From Candidatus Jordarchaeia archaeon (lineage in GTDB: Archaea > Asgardarchaeota > Jordiarchaeia > Jordiarchaeales > Jordiarchaeaceae), in contig JAHQXB010000080.1 of assembly GCA_029856435.1 (NCBI GenBank), forward strand, positions 1-32,090: 32,090 nucleotides of DNA, in the 5' to 3' direction. Below are positions 19,064 through 28,141 of this stretch, piece after piece. The position numbers and the translations under genes are program-made. Position 1 is the first letter of the stretch. Each line of letters begins with the position of its first letter. The notes beneath the pieces were generated by a model. That model did no database searches, was not told where the DNA came from, and saw nothing but the letters and a program-made list of their open reading frames with translations.

Positions 19064-19906
19064 CTAGGAAGGGCGGGCGAGGATTTCAATGATGTTTGGG
19101 AATATGTATTCTGCGAGGTCTTCTCTGGAGCCGCCATGGGTTATAATCATGTATTTTCCGTTGCACACTTTTTGGGCGCATCTCTTGACCATTTTGACCA
19201 GTTCCAAGAAGAAGGATTCTGAGAGTCCCCTATCGCCATAGTCTCCACGGGCGGTGTCATGTCCCAAGAGGTGGAAAATTATGTGGGGCTTAAACTTTTC
19301 CACGCGGGGCACAAATTCTTTCTCCACATGGCGGAGGTACTCTTGATCGTTTGTGTTGTAGCCTACGTCGACGCATATCTTTGTTCCCTCGTCCTCAACT
19401 GTGTTGTGGCTGCAGAAGCAAACGTGTAGGACGTCTCTGTCTCCCATGAATACTGCTCTGGTTCCATCGCCGTGGTGGCTGTCGGTGTCCAGTATGGCGT
19501 AGCGGCCGGCTCCAAATTTTTCGCGTAGAGCTACTACTGTGGGGCCGGTGCAGGAAACGTAGGTGCCTCCCCAAGCGTGTGATGGTCCAGCGTGGTGACC
19601 TGCCCCCACATCAAAAACCAGTGCGTTGTCCAATTCGCCGCTCACTATTTTGGTTGCCGCCTCTATGCATCCTCCCACAGAGTAGAGCGCTCCCTCACAG
19701 TACCAGGCTTTTTTCAAGTTTTCCAGTAGGGGTTCAGTGTGTACTTTTTTTAGGGTTTCCCAAGATACTTTGGTGGGGGTGTAAAGTTTGACTCCCTCAA
19801 TTTTTAGGGCCCACTCCATTGCTTTGGGGAAATTTTTGAACTTGTTTCCAATAACTGGCCAGGAATTCTTGGCGAAGAGGTCATGCCAGTAGACTCCGGT
19901 CCTCAT
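19064..19906 (-). CDS. Divergent histone-deacetylase-superfamily (AcuC/AphA-like) Zn amidohydrolase
   Basis: GHHA dyad, DTDSHHGDGT and GHD Zn ligands. HGGS occupies the usual EGGY position. Confidence 0.85.
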   Translation of the reverse strand: MRTGVYWHDLFAKNSWPVIGNKFKNFPKAMEWALKIEGVKLYTPTKVSWETLKKVHTEPLLENLKKAWYCEGALYSVGGCIEAATKIVSGELDNALVFDVGAGHHAGPSHAWGGTYVSCTGPTVVALREKFGAGRYAILDTDSHHGDGTRAVFMGDRDVLHVCFCSHNTVEDEGTKICVDVGYNTNDQEYLRHVEKEFVPRVEKFKPHIIFHLLGHDTARGDYGDRGLSESFFLELVKMVKRCAQKVCNGKYMIITHGGSREDLAEYIFPNIIEILARPS

Positions 19907-20197
19907 CCAAATCTCTCCTAAGAATGAATTTGACTTACTCTTAGCCCCAGCAGGTGTATAAAATCTGTGGCTTTGACATTTTGAGTATTTATTTCTAAGA
20001 TTTTGTAATATTTAAACAGTTTCTTCTGGATGGTGTCGTACTGTTTTTGCTTAAATCACAGATTGATCTGTTTCCTGCGAATTAATTTTTTGTATTATTC
20101 CCCTTTTTGTTGGGGAAAGATATTTTAGGAATATGTGCCTTTTTTCCTACGTTAGCTTTGGGAGTTTTTCGTTTTTACCTGTTAGGAGGAGTTTTAG

Positions 20198-21409
20198 TTG
20201 AAGATTGTGATTGTTGGGTTTAGTTTGGCGGGTTTCACTGCTTGCAGATATCTTCTCCAAAACGCTCCTGGCAATAGCATAGAAATTTTTACTGATGAGA
20301 AGTATCCCTATTATCCTCGCCCTTCCCTCTACAGGGTTTTATCTGGAGAATCTCCAGTTAGTGATATTTTTATTTATCCCCTCAGCTGGTATGAGGAGCG
20401 AAATGTTAAAGTTCACTTGGGTACTCCAGTAAAATCCATTAACACCAGTGAGAACCACATTGTTTTGGCTGGGGGAGAAAGTGTTTCCTATGATAGTCTT
20501 CTCCTGGCTAATGGTGCCCGCTCCTTCATTCCCCCAGTTAAGGGGTCTGATAGGAGGGGAGTGTTTGCCCTAAGAACCATTGATGACGCCTTAGCCATAA
20601 GGGAGTACGCTAAAAAAAGAAGGAGCGCGGTTGTGGTGGGTGGCGGCCTACTGGGGTTGGAAATATCCGCCGCCTTGAGAAAGTTGGGTTTAAAGGTTAC
20701 CATATTGGAGTTTGCGCCTTGGCTTCTTCCAAGGCAAATTGACCGGGAGGGTTCAAATGTGCTCATGGGGGAGTTTGAGAAAATGGGGATGGAAATCAGG
20801 TGTGGTGCCCAAACAGAGGAGATTGTGGGAAACGCTGAAGTTTCAGGCTTAAAACTAAAAGGCGGAGAAACCATCCAGGCAGACTTAGTTGTTTTCGCCA
20901 CTGGAATTCGCAGCAACATTGAACTGGCCAAAGAAGCGGGAATAAATGTGAACAGGGGAGTCGTTGTGGATGACTATATGAGAACCAGCGTTGAAAACAT
21001 TTATGCTGCGGGAGACATAGCGGAGCACAGGGGAAGAGTATACGGCATAATTCCGGCCACCACGGAGCAGGCTCAGATAGCCGCAGCAAACATGATTGGG
21101 AAAAAAGTGGCTTACAAGGGAACAGTCGCCCTAAACACGCTAAAAGTGGCAGGCATAGACCTCACCTCAATAGGACTGGTAAACCCTGAAACCCAGGACT
21201 ACGAACAGATCCGAAAAATAGAAGCGGAGAAATGCCTCTACAAAAAAGTAGTCCTAAAAGACGGAAAAATAGTGGGAGCAATAATCATAGGGGACAGAAA
21301 AAGCGCAAAACCCATGACCGACATAATAAAAGAAGAAATAAATGTGGAAAAAGTAAAAAACAAAATCCTTGAAAAGGAATACGACCTCAACCAACTACTA
21401 AAAAAATAA
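20198..21409 (+). CDS. FAD/NAD(P)H-dependent oxidoreductase (NADH:rubredoxin oxidoreductase / NirB N-terminal-like)
   Basis: YYPRPSL, LLLANGA, VVVGGGLLGLE, TSVENIYAAGD, and C-terminal LKVAGIDLTSIG..YKKVVLKDGKIVGAIIIGD domain. No rubredoxin or siroheme domain. Confidence 0.9.
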   Translation: MKIVIVGFSLAGFTACRYLLQNAPGNSIEIFTDEKYPYYPRPSLYRVLSGESPVSDIFIYPLSWYEERNVKVHLGTPVKSINTSENHIVLAGGESVSYDSLLLANGARSFIPPVKGSDRRGVFALRTIDDALAIREYAKKRRSAVVVGGGLLGLEISAALRKLGLKVTILEFAPWLLPRQIDREGSNVLMGEFEKMGMEIRCGAQTEEIVGNAEVSGLKLKGGETIQADLVVFATGIRSNIELAKEAGINVNRGVVVDDYMRTSVENIYAAGDIAEHRGRVYGIIPATTEQAQIAAANMIGKKVAYKGTVALNTLKVAGIDLTSIGLVNPETQDYEQIRKIEAEKCLYKKVVLKDGKIVGAIIIGDRKSAKPMTDIIKEEINVEKVKNKILEKEYDLNQLLKK

Positions 21410-21970
21410 TAGAAGCCCACCACCAGATAAAAAGTTACATTCCCATTGCTATTATAGGACCCTCTTAGAGGCAGCCATGCATTACCCACAATTACTTTTT
21501 TTCTCTCTCGGATTTTATACACGTTTGATACTTTTAATCCCAGGGAACAGGAAACTATGCATTTTTCACATAAAATTAGAGAGAAACAATTCCTCGCAGC
21601 ACTTAATGCATAGCTTAGAGGCAGGGGTGTATAAAATTATGGGTCTCGCTGAACTTGTTAAAAAAGTAAGTCTTTTTCGCGGTTTGGTTGCAATTGTTTC
21701 AAGGGTTGGTGGGGTGTGGTGCAAAGCCTTCCTCTATGATATATTTCTGCCTTGCAATTCGCAGAATCACCAGTTTACACCTGGTGGGAAACCAACCAGA
21801 ACCCCTGAAACAACAACTTTTTAACAAGTTCGGTCTCGCTCGGAGAGAAGATGCCTTTTTATGGCTTCTTTCGAGATTTGGAGCCCTATGCTGGAAAGGG
21901 GGGGCTCTGACAGTCTACATTCACCCAGAGATTAAATCGAAAAAATAAGTCACCACCATGCATTTTCACA

Positions 21971-22077
21971 GGTGATGTAGAATTGTTCGGTTTCGCCTCA
22001 AAAAGGAGTGTTTATAGGGCTTCCTTCACGATTTGAAGCCTTAATAGGGAGATGGAACCGAATAAATCTACATCACC
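21971..22077. mobile_element. MITE, 107 bp, ~24-bp imperfect TIRs, 10-bp TSD CATTTTCACA
   Basis: Left end GGTGATGTAGAATTGTTCGGTTTC versus reverse complement of right end GGTGATGTAGATTTATTCGGTTCC. CATTTTCACA occurs at both 21961-21970 and 22078-22087. Confidence 0.9.
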
Positions 22078-22128
22078 CATTTTCACATTTGGAAATCCTT
22101 ATTAACTCTTTTTTGAATATTTTAGCCC

Positions 22129-22983
22129 ATGATGCGCCCATTATTTTTTAACGTGGGTTTTGACCAGAGTGGACAGTTTGTTCCACTGGCCTATGAGAGT
22201 GTAGGCACGAAACTGGATAATGTAAAATTCGACAAGGACTGGGGAACCCTCATAGTATCAGATGTACGCATTGTATGGTACAAGAAAAGAGCTGGTAGTG
22301 GTAAAGCAATTCTTAAAGGAGCCCTAGCAGCAGCCGCAGTAGGAGTTGCAGGCTCCATAGCCGGAGAAGTTGTGGGACGCCACGTGGGAGGCTGGGCCGG
22401 ACACTTAGCGAAACATGCTATAAGGGGAGCCACCTATGCGGCTTCCTCGGGACTGGTTCTGGGCAGCTTGACCGGAAACGACTTCATGAATTTTGGTAAG
22501 GATGGAAAACTCGACTCCATAGCTATACCTCTAGTTTCAGTTAAGGATGCTCAATCCGATAAGAACGGTTTAACCATAATTTTAGAAAGCGGAGACGCCA
22601 TACGCTTCGAGGTAAAAAATGTAAACGTTTTACCTGCAATAAAGGCCATGATAGTGTCAAAGAAAAACGAGGGAAAATGTCCCTACTGCGGAACCATGGT
22701 AGCCCCAGGCAACGCCTCTTGTCCGTCATGTGGAGCCCCAGTGAGAGCAGCTCCAACACCGGGAAGTGTGCCGAGACCAGCTACACCCACAGTATCTACA
22801 CCAATGGGTATGCAGATGCCCACTGCCCAAATGACGTGCCCATCGTGTAAAAAGCAGGTGCCCTATGCAAAGTTTTGCTGTGAATGCGGTGCGCCAATGA
22901 CACAAACATGCCCCAGCTGTAAAGGAGAAATCCCGCCAAATCTTCTCAGCAAATTCTGTCCACATTGCGGAGCTAAAATCTAA
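22129..22983 (+). CDS. PH/GRAM-like domain with Gly/Ala-rich hydrophobic insert, Pro/Thr linker and three zinc ribbons
   Basis: GTLIVSDVRIVWY and IAIPLVSVKD resemble PH/GRAM strands. Six CxxC pairs: CPYC, CPSC, CPSC, CCEC, CPSC, CPHC. Confidence 0.8.
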   Translation: MMRPLFFNVGFDQSGQFVPLAYESVGTKLDNVKFDKDWGTLIVSDVRIVWYKKRAGSGKAILKGALAAAAVGVAGSIAGEVVGRHVGGWAGHLAKHAIRGATYAASSGLVLGSLTGNDFMNFGKDGKLDSIAIPLVSVKDAQSDKNGLTIILESGDAIRFEVKNVNVLPAIKAMIVSKKNEGKCPYCGTMVAPGNASCPSCGAPVRAAPTPGSVPRPATPTVSTPMGMQMPTAQMTCPSCKKQVPYAKFCCECGAPMTQTCPSCKGEIPPNLLSKFCPHCGAKI

Positions 22984-23226
22984 TTAAAACTAGGCTCCAA
23001 TATGCAAATAACAGTTCTCCCACCTAAACTTTTTTGTTTAAAACCAATACCGCGATTTTTGTACCCCTTATTGTATTCCTTAAAACAAGTAAACAAACAA
23101 TCCTAGGGGGGAGTAGAATAGTTTCTCATTCGATAGGGTGATGCATTCCAGTTGGGAATTGAAAAAATAGGCGGTGAATCTGTACCTTCGGGTTCTGATC
23201 TGGTTAAGTAGCTTATGCCGATTGGC

Positions 23227-23334
23227 AGTGATGTAGAATCGTTCGGTTTCGCCTCAAAAAGGGGGTGTTTATAGGGCTTCTTTCACGATTTGGAGCATTA
23301 TTAGGGAGATGGAGCCGAATAAATCTGCATCACC
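23227..23334. mobile_element. MITE, 108 bp, 9-bp TSD CCGATTGGC
   Basis: Near-identical to 21971-22077. CCGATTGGC occurs at 23218-23226 and 23335-23343. Confidence 0.9.
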
Positions 23335-23407
23335 CCGATTGGCTTTGAAAAAATTTAAAAATCATTGATACAATAATACTTAAAATCATTTTGAGGGATG
23401 AGTGCGA

Positions 23408-24979
23408 ATGTCCAAGAAGAAGGAGACTGTTGGAGAAACTGAGGGAATTAAGGGTAGAAAGAGGTCATTTATGGCTATTAGTGCGGCGAACTTTGTGGAC
23501 AGGGCGGATATGCAGGCGCTTCCCACCTACTACACTTCCATTGGCCGGGAACTAGCCGTTACTCGTGGGGCTTTGGGTTTCATAACTTCGACGAGGTCAG
23601 CTGTTCAAACAATTGTTGCTCCCCTCTGGGGATATTTGGCGGACAAGTATTCGCGGAGGGTGGTTCTAACAATCGGCTGCTTAATTTGGGGTGCTTTTAC
23701 TCTCCTGTGTGCCTATGCTGGCGATTTTACATCACTGCTCTTCTTTAGACTGCTGGCAGGATTCGGCTTGGCGACCATTATACCTACAGGTTTTTCGCTG
23801 ATTGCTGACTTTTTCAAGCCTGAGGATAGAGGCAAGTGGCTGGGAATTTTCCAAATGTTTGGGGTTCTGGGTGTCGCCATTGTTGTGCCCGTTTTGGGTA
23901 TGCTGGACGCAAAAAGCTACACCTTTGGACTCGAGTCTAACCTTTACCAACTGTACCTGTACTGGCTGGTGTATCCCCCCATCCTTGACATACTGAATGA
24001 ACTTCTAGTGTTTGACACTTTGATGAAGTACACCGTGCATTATGGAGCCTGGAGAATGGGGTTCATACTGGTTGCGATCATAAGCTTAATAGTGGCTGGT
24101 GTGGTGTGGTTCTTTGTTAAGGAGCCTGCTAGGGGCGCAATGGAGAAGGAGCTTAAGGACATAATTACTGTGGAAGCCGCGGAAAAATATAAAATTGAGA
24201 GGAAAGCTGTAGGCGAGATTCTGCGAACCAGAACTATGCAAATAATAATAATTCAGGGAATGCTCGGCTACATGCCTTGGATTGTTTTGCAGGCCTGGAT
24301 TGTGCACTGGCTTGAAAGCGTGAGATACATTCCGCCGAGTGATGCAACATTAGTTTTTGCAGTACTGGTAATCGGTGTGGCTCTGGGCAATGGGCTTGGA
24401 GGCTGGCTGGGAGATAAGGGTGAAAAGAAGAGTTTTAACAGGGGCAGAATTATTGTGGCTCAGATTTCTGTGTTCTCGGGAATCCCCCTCACTTTGTTTG
24501 CGCTCACCATACCCCTTTCCCTTCCACACTACATGGCTCTGATGTTCATTACGGCTGTTTTGATTAGTTGGGCTGGTCCCGCAGCTGTTCAGCCAATGGT
24601 TGCCAACGTAACCAAACCAGAGGTGAGAAGCACCTCCTTCTCCATTGAGCAAATGTTTGAAGGAGGCTTCGCAGCCATAGCCGCAGTCATCACGGGATAC
24701 CTAGCAGACACCATTAACGGTGGGGTCGCAGGCATAACGATGCAAACCATAACTCCCTACATAGGGTACTGGCTAGGAGTTCTCCCCCTTCCCCTGCTGC
24801 TAGCTCTATTCACAGTTTCGGGACAATCGCTAACCACAGCAATGCTCATAACAATAACCATTCCCTGGACACTTTGCCTGCTTGTGTGGTTCTTCGCATA
24901 CAGATTCTATCCCCGGGATAGGGAAAGGATCTTCAAAATTCTGGAAGAAAGGCGAAAAGAAATGACCAAAAAACCCTAA
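23408..24979 (+). CDS. MFS transporter (Spinster-like)
   Basis: FVDRADMQALP in TM1, motif A GYLADKYSRR, FFKPEDRGK, GGWLGDK, and about 12 or more hydrophobic segments. Confidence 0.92.
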   Translation: MSKKKETVGETEGIKGRKRSFMAISAANFVDRADMQALPTYYTSIGRELAVTRGALGFITSTRSAVQTIVAPLWGYLADKYSRRVVLTIGCLIWGAFTLLCAYAGDFTSLLFFRLLAGFGLATIIPTGFSLIADFFKPEDRGKWLGIFQMFGVLGVAIVVPVLGMLDAKSYTFGLESNLYQLYLYWLVYPPILDILNELLVFDTLMKYTVHYGAWRMGFILVAIISLIVAGVVWFFVKEPARGAMEKELKDIITVEAAEKYKIERKAVGEILRTRTMQIIIIQGMLGYMPWIVLQAWIVHWLESVRYIPPSDATLVFAVLVIGVALGNGLGGWLGDKGEKKSFNRGRIIVAQISVFSGIPLTLFALTIPLSLPHYMALMFITAVLISWAGPAAVQPMVANVTKPEVRSTSFSIEQMFEGGFAAIAAVITGYLADTINGGVAGITMQTITPYIGYWLGVLPLPLLLALFTVSGQSLTTAMLITITIPWTLCLLVWFFAYRFYPRDRERIFKILEERRKEMTKKP

Positions 24980-25297
24980 AACTAAACCCTCTCCTTATTT
25001 TATTTTGTTATAAAAAACATTTTTCATGTTTTGTCTAAGAAGCAGAGCTTATGTAGGTTTTTATGAAACAATTTTTGAGGAAAAATTCTATGACTGTTGA
25101 ATCAGTATAGTTAACTTTGGCTGTCTGTGCAACTTCTGTCCCATACTTTCACGTAAAAAGGGGGGTAGAGTTTCCAAATTCTTGAGGACATTTTTCCCGT
25201 GCTTAACCAGCTCCATCCAGTTATATTTGTGTTTATCCCGCTTTTTAGGTATCCTTTTTTTGCTTCTCTTTTAGTTTAAATGGGTGTGAAGTAAGTT

Positions 25298-26098
25298 TTA
25301 GCTTTGGCTCTGTTTTAGGGTGGGTTTCATTATTTCTTCAATTTTTGGTATCAGCTCATCCAATACTCCGAATATTCCTAGGGCGAATATGATTGTTCCT
25401 ACAAGTGTTACTATGGCTTGGATTTCTGGGGATACCCTCTGGTAGAACATGTTGGCCATAAGTATTGTGAGTCCTAGGGCGAATCCCAATGATCTGCCGC
25501 TCCTGTTCTTCCAAGCAATATAGTAGAAAAGTAGGATTGTTGGGGCAGAAAGTAGCATGATGTATATTCCCATCACAATTAGGTGTGTGGGAGAATACGC
25601 TACGTTTAGAGGGTCAAGTATGGGTTCAATGTTTAGGAAGTAGGGGAGGGTTCTAAGTAGGCTCGGGTCCAAATTTCCGAGGATAACGTACCAGCTCTGC
25701 CCAATGAACTGTCCGGTCGTCACGAGTGAGAGGTACTGGGTGCCCAAATAGGCTTCTGTTCTGGTGTAGTCCAAAATAAAGTAGTGTATTGCGGCGAGGG
25801 TGGCTACGTATGGTGGGAGCAAGTACAGTTCCCTTATTTCCATCATCACTAATCCTACCAGTAGCACCACGGAGAAGTCTATTAGGGATGTGAAAACTAT
25901 GTACACGTAGGGGTGAATCTGAAAAATGTCTAAAAGTATGAGGAAGTAGCCTATCCAGGTTGCTGAAAACATAGCGAAGTAAGTGATTATTATGAGGGTG
26001 ACGATTTGCTTCCTTTCAAAGAAGCGTTTGGTCAGATAAGCCGCGCAGACCGCGGGGGGAATGGAGCATGTTAGTACCAGAAATTCGTAGAGAGCCAT
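25298..26098 (-). CDS. Orphan seven-transmembrane protein
   Basis: Seven hydrophobic segments by eye with a ~60 aa loop between TM4 and TM5. ATG 26098 lies 2 nt after the upstream gene's stop. Confidence 0.8.
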   Translation of the reverse strand: MALYEFLVLTCSIPPAVCAAYLTKRFFERKQIVTLIIITYFAMFSATWIGYFLILLDIFQIHPYVYIVFTSLIDFSVVLLVGLVMMEIRELYLLPPYVATLAAIHYFILDYTRTEAYLGTQYLSLVTTGQFIGQSWYVILGNLDPSLLRTLPYFLNIEPILDPLNVAYSPTHLIVMGIYIMLLSAPTILLFYYIAWKNRSGRSLGFALGLTILMANMFYQRVSPEIQAIVTLVGTIIFALGIFGVLDELIPKIEEIMKPTLKQSQS

Positions 26099-26100
26099 GG

Positions 26101-26499
26101 TTACCACATTTCCTTTTCCTTTTTCAGGATGCTTCCCATTTTGGTTTTTTTATCTTCCTCGATAAGCTTTTCTAAATTGTAGAAGTCTGAGAGAGCATTT
26201 ATTCTTCCCCTCAGGTTTATTGCGGCGAGCCTTGCCACCTGGGAATCCTTCATGACTACTATGACTCCTGTTTTCTCAGTTATCTTCATGAGAAAGGTGT
26301 TATTGTTGTGTAAACTGTCTCCCAAATGCATATCAGAAAGGGGGAACCTACGGTAATAGTCAAGAACCCCACTTGGAATAGCGCCTTTTTCACACCAAAC
26401 CCTACTGTTAACATCAATGATGGCCAAGGCTTCCGGCTTCCAGCTGCCCAAATTAATCTCCACAAGTTCAACCATACGTTTTAGATCAGTATTACTCAA
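26101..26499 (-). CDS. Small soluble Roadblock/profilin-like protein
   Basis: Pattern helix-ALAIIDV-RVWCE-...-FLMKIT-GVIVVM-helix. Similar layout to 1197-1559. Fold is inferred. Confidence 0.55.
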   Translation of the reverse strand: MSNTDLKRMVELVEINLGSWKPEALAIIDVNSRVWCEKGAIPSGVLDYYRRFPLSDMHLGDSLHNNNTFLMKITEKTGVIVVMKDSQVARLAAINLRGRINALSDFYNLEKLIEEDKKTKMGSILKKEKEMW

Positions 26500-26822
26500 G
26501 TGTTATCCCCTCAACATTGTATTACTCACTACTGAATTCAATACCCTAAGAAGAAGAGAATTTTCCTTATATATCTTTTTACACCTCTTTGACAGCTCTC
26601 GATTCACTATTTCAAACATTCACTCCTTTTTGCCCTTTTGCACAATTTATTTTTCCGTTTTACCCATTTATTTTTGGCGAATTTTTGCAATTTTACAATG
26701 TATTCTTGGAAAAAGTTCAGAACACATAAAAAAATATTAGAAAAAGTAAAAATAGAAAAAAGACTATTACCTATTGTAGCAATAGTTTGTTTGTTCTAGG
26801 CTTGTTTTGAATTTTTCTGGTG

Positions 26823-27884
26823 TTAGTCGAATTCTTTGGGTTCCTCTCTGGGCAGCCTTTTTTCCACTGGAAGCATGGGCTTGAACTTTTTGTGCGGCTC
26901 TGTTTGGTACCAGTAGGCTGTGCTGGAGTAGTCGTCGGAACGCCTGTTAGCGTGTCCATGCTCAATGGTTACCCTTATGGATTTTTCAAAGTATATGGGG
27001 TCCTCTATGTGGAAACGGTACATGCTTATTTTTCCCGACCAGTTTTTGCCTCCGGGAACAGTTATTCCATGGTAGGGGGCGCAGTATTCTTGGGCGGGGC
27101 AGAAGGCAGTGTTAAAGTAGTCTTCGGTTCCGGTTCCATTTATGGTTGGCTGTTCGTCGCCATCTATGAATATCATGTCGTCTCCCTCGCCATACCAGTT
27201 CCACTTCTCCCTAGTTAATCTCAGGTTGTGGATGTTAAGGTTGCATCCCACATAGTGTCCTTTTCCCTCAGCCTCCAGTATTACATAGTTTCCTTTGCCG
27301 TCAAGGTTTTTTCCTCCGAAGAGATACTCCCAATTGTCCATTCCAAAATCGGATATACCTTCACAGGGGTTTTCCCTATTCCAAGTTGCGTGGAACCTTC
27401 CCAAGTCTTCCTCAAGCTTATCATACTCCTCATAGTCTATGTAGTAGTAGAAAATCATGGCTTGCTCCGCCTCGTTAACAATTTCTACTACGGCTCTTTT
27501 GGAGAAGGGCATAGGGAAAAAGCAGTTAAATCCTCTGCCGTTCTCAGGAGACATGGTGAGGGGCAGGGAGACGAAATTTTTGCGTATGGCGTGTCCTATT
27601 CCAAAGAAGTCTCCTATGGGCACCTCCACTGAAGGGTTCTCCTCATCGTCCCAGAACATGCGAATAAGGATTTTTCTCAAATAGTATGGTGCCGAGCAAT
27701 CCATGGTTACCCAAATGTGCGTTATGCAGCCCGCACCCCTAATATCAGCTATGGTTACACTCTCCCGACTTTTTATCAACAGGTAGTCATCGTTGCCACC
27801 ACTCTTATCCCAGCTGGATACTCGTCTCCTTTTACAGTTCCTCAATCTTGGTAGGTCGCGTAGGGAACTTCCAATCCAACTCAA
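26823..27884 (-). CDS. DUF2961 / glycoside hydrolase family 172 protein
   Basis: SSWDKSGGNDD, GAGCITHIW, PSVEVPIGDFFG, FNCFFPMPF, WYGEGDD and GTGTEDYFN (both catalytic Glu motifs), EHGHAN, YWYQ. TTG start after GGAGG. Confidence 0.92.
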   Translation of the reverse strand: MSWIGSSLRDLPRLRNCKRRRVSSWDKSGGNDDYLLIKSRESVTIADIRGAGCITHIWVTMDCSAPYYLRKILIRMFWDDEENPSVEVPIGDFFGIGHAIRKNFVSLPLTMSPENGRGFNCFFPMPFSKRAVVEIVNEAEQAMIFYYYIDYEEYDKLEEDLGRFHATWNRENPCEGISDFGMDNWEYLFGGKNLDGKGNYVILEAEGKGHYVGCNLNIHNLRLTREKWNWYGEGDDMIFIDGDEQPTINGTGTEDYFNTAFCPAQEYCAPYHGITVPGGKNWSGKISMYRFHIEDPIYFEKSIRVTIEHGHANRRSDDYSSTAYWYQTEPHKKFKPMLPVEKRLPREEPKEFD

Positions 27885-28141
27885 AATTAAAAACCTCCTT
27901 AAACTCCACTTTTCAAATGTCTCTCTCCTAAAGACTAATGTAGTAGACTTATTATATTTCACAGCCTCCATTTTTTAATTTACGCTTCCACCGAATTTTA
28001 GATGCGAGTCCACAGTAGGCGAGCCCATAAACCTACCAAGTGAAGCTCGAAGAAGTGAGGAAAGCAGGCACCCTAAGGGTGAAACAGAGAAGAGTTCACG
28101 GTTTGGACGCGGAGCCAAAAAAAGGAGTGAGGGGAGGATAC

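Noticed and set aside
21971-22077. Riboswitch or ncRNA interpretation of the 107-bp repeat
   Set aside because: Perfect TSDs and TIRs indicate transposition, and these two copies lie upstream of their genes' TATA boxes rather than in leaders.
21971-23334. Composite transposon carrying the PH/zinc-ribbon gene between two MITEs
   Set aside because: Each copy has its own distinct TSD on both sides and the outer flanks do not match, so these are independent insertions.
25298-26098. Microbial rhodopsin or heliorhodopsin
   Set aside because: No retinal-binding Lys motif (DxxxK or SxxxK) in the seventh helix.
28055-28100. RNase P RNA-like GAGGAAAG...GAAAC motif
   Set aside because: Lacks GAGGAAAGUCC and the 3' P4 partner, and the available region is too short.
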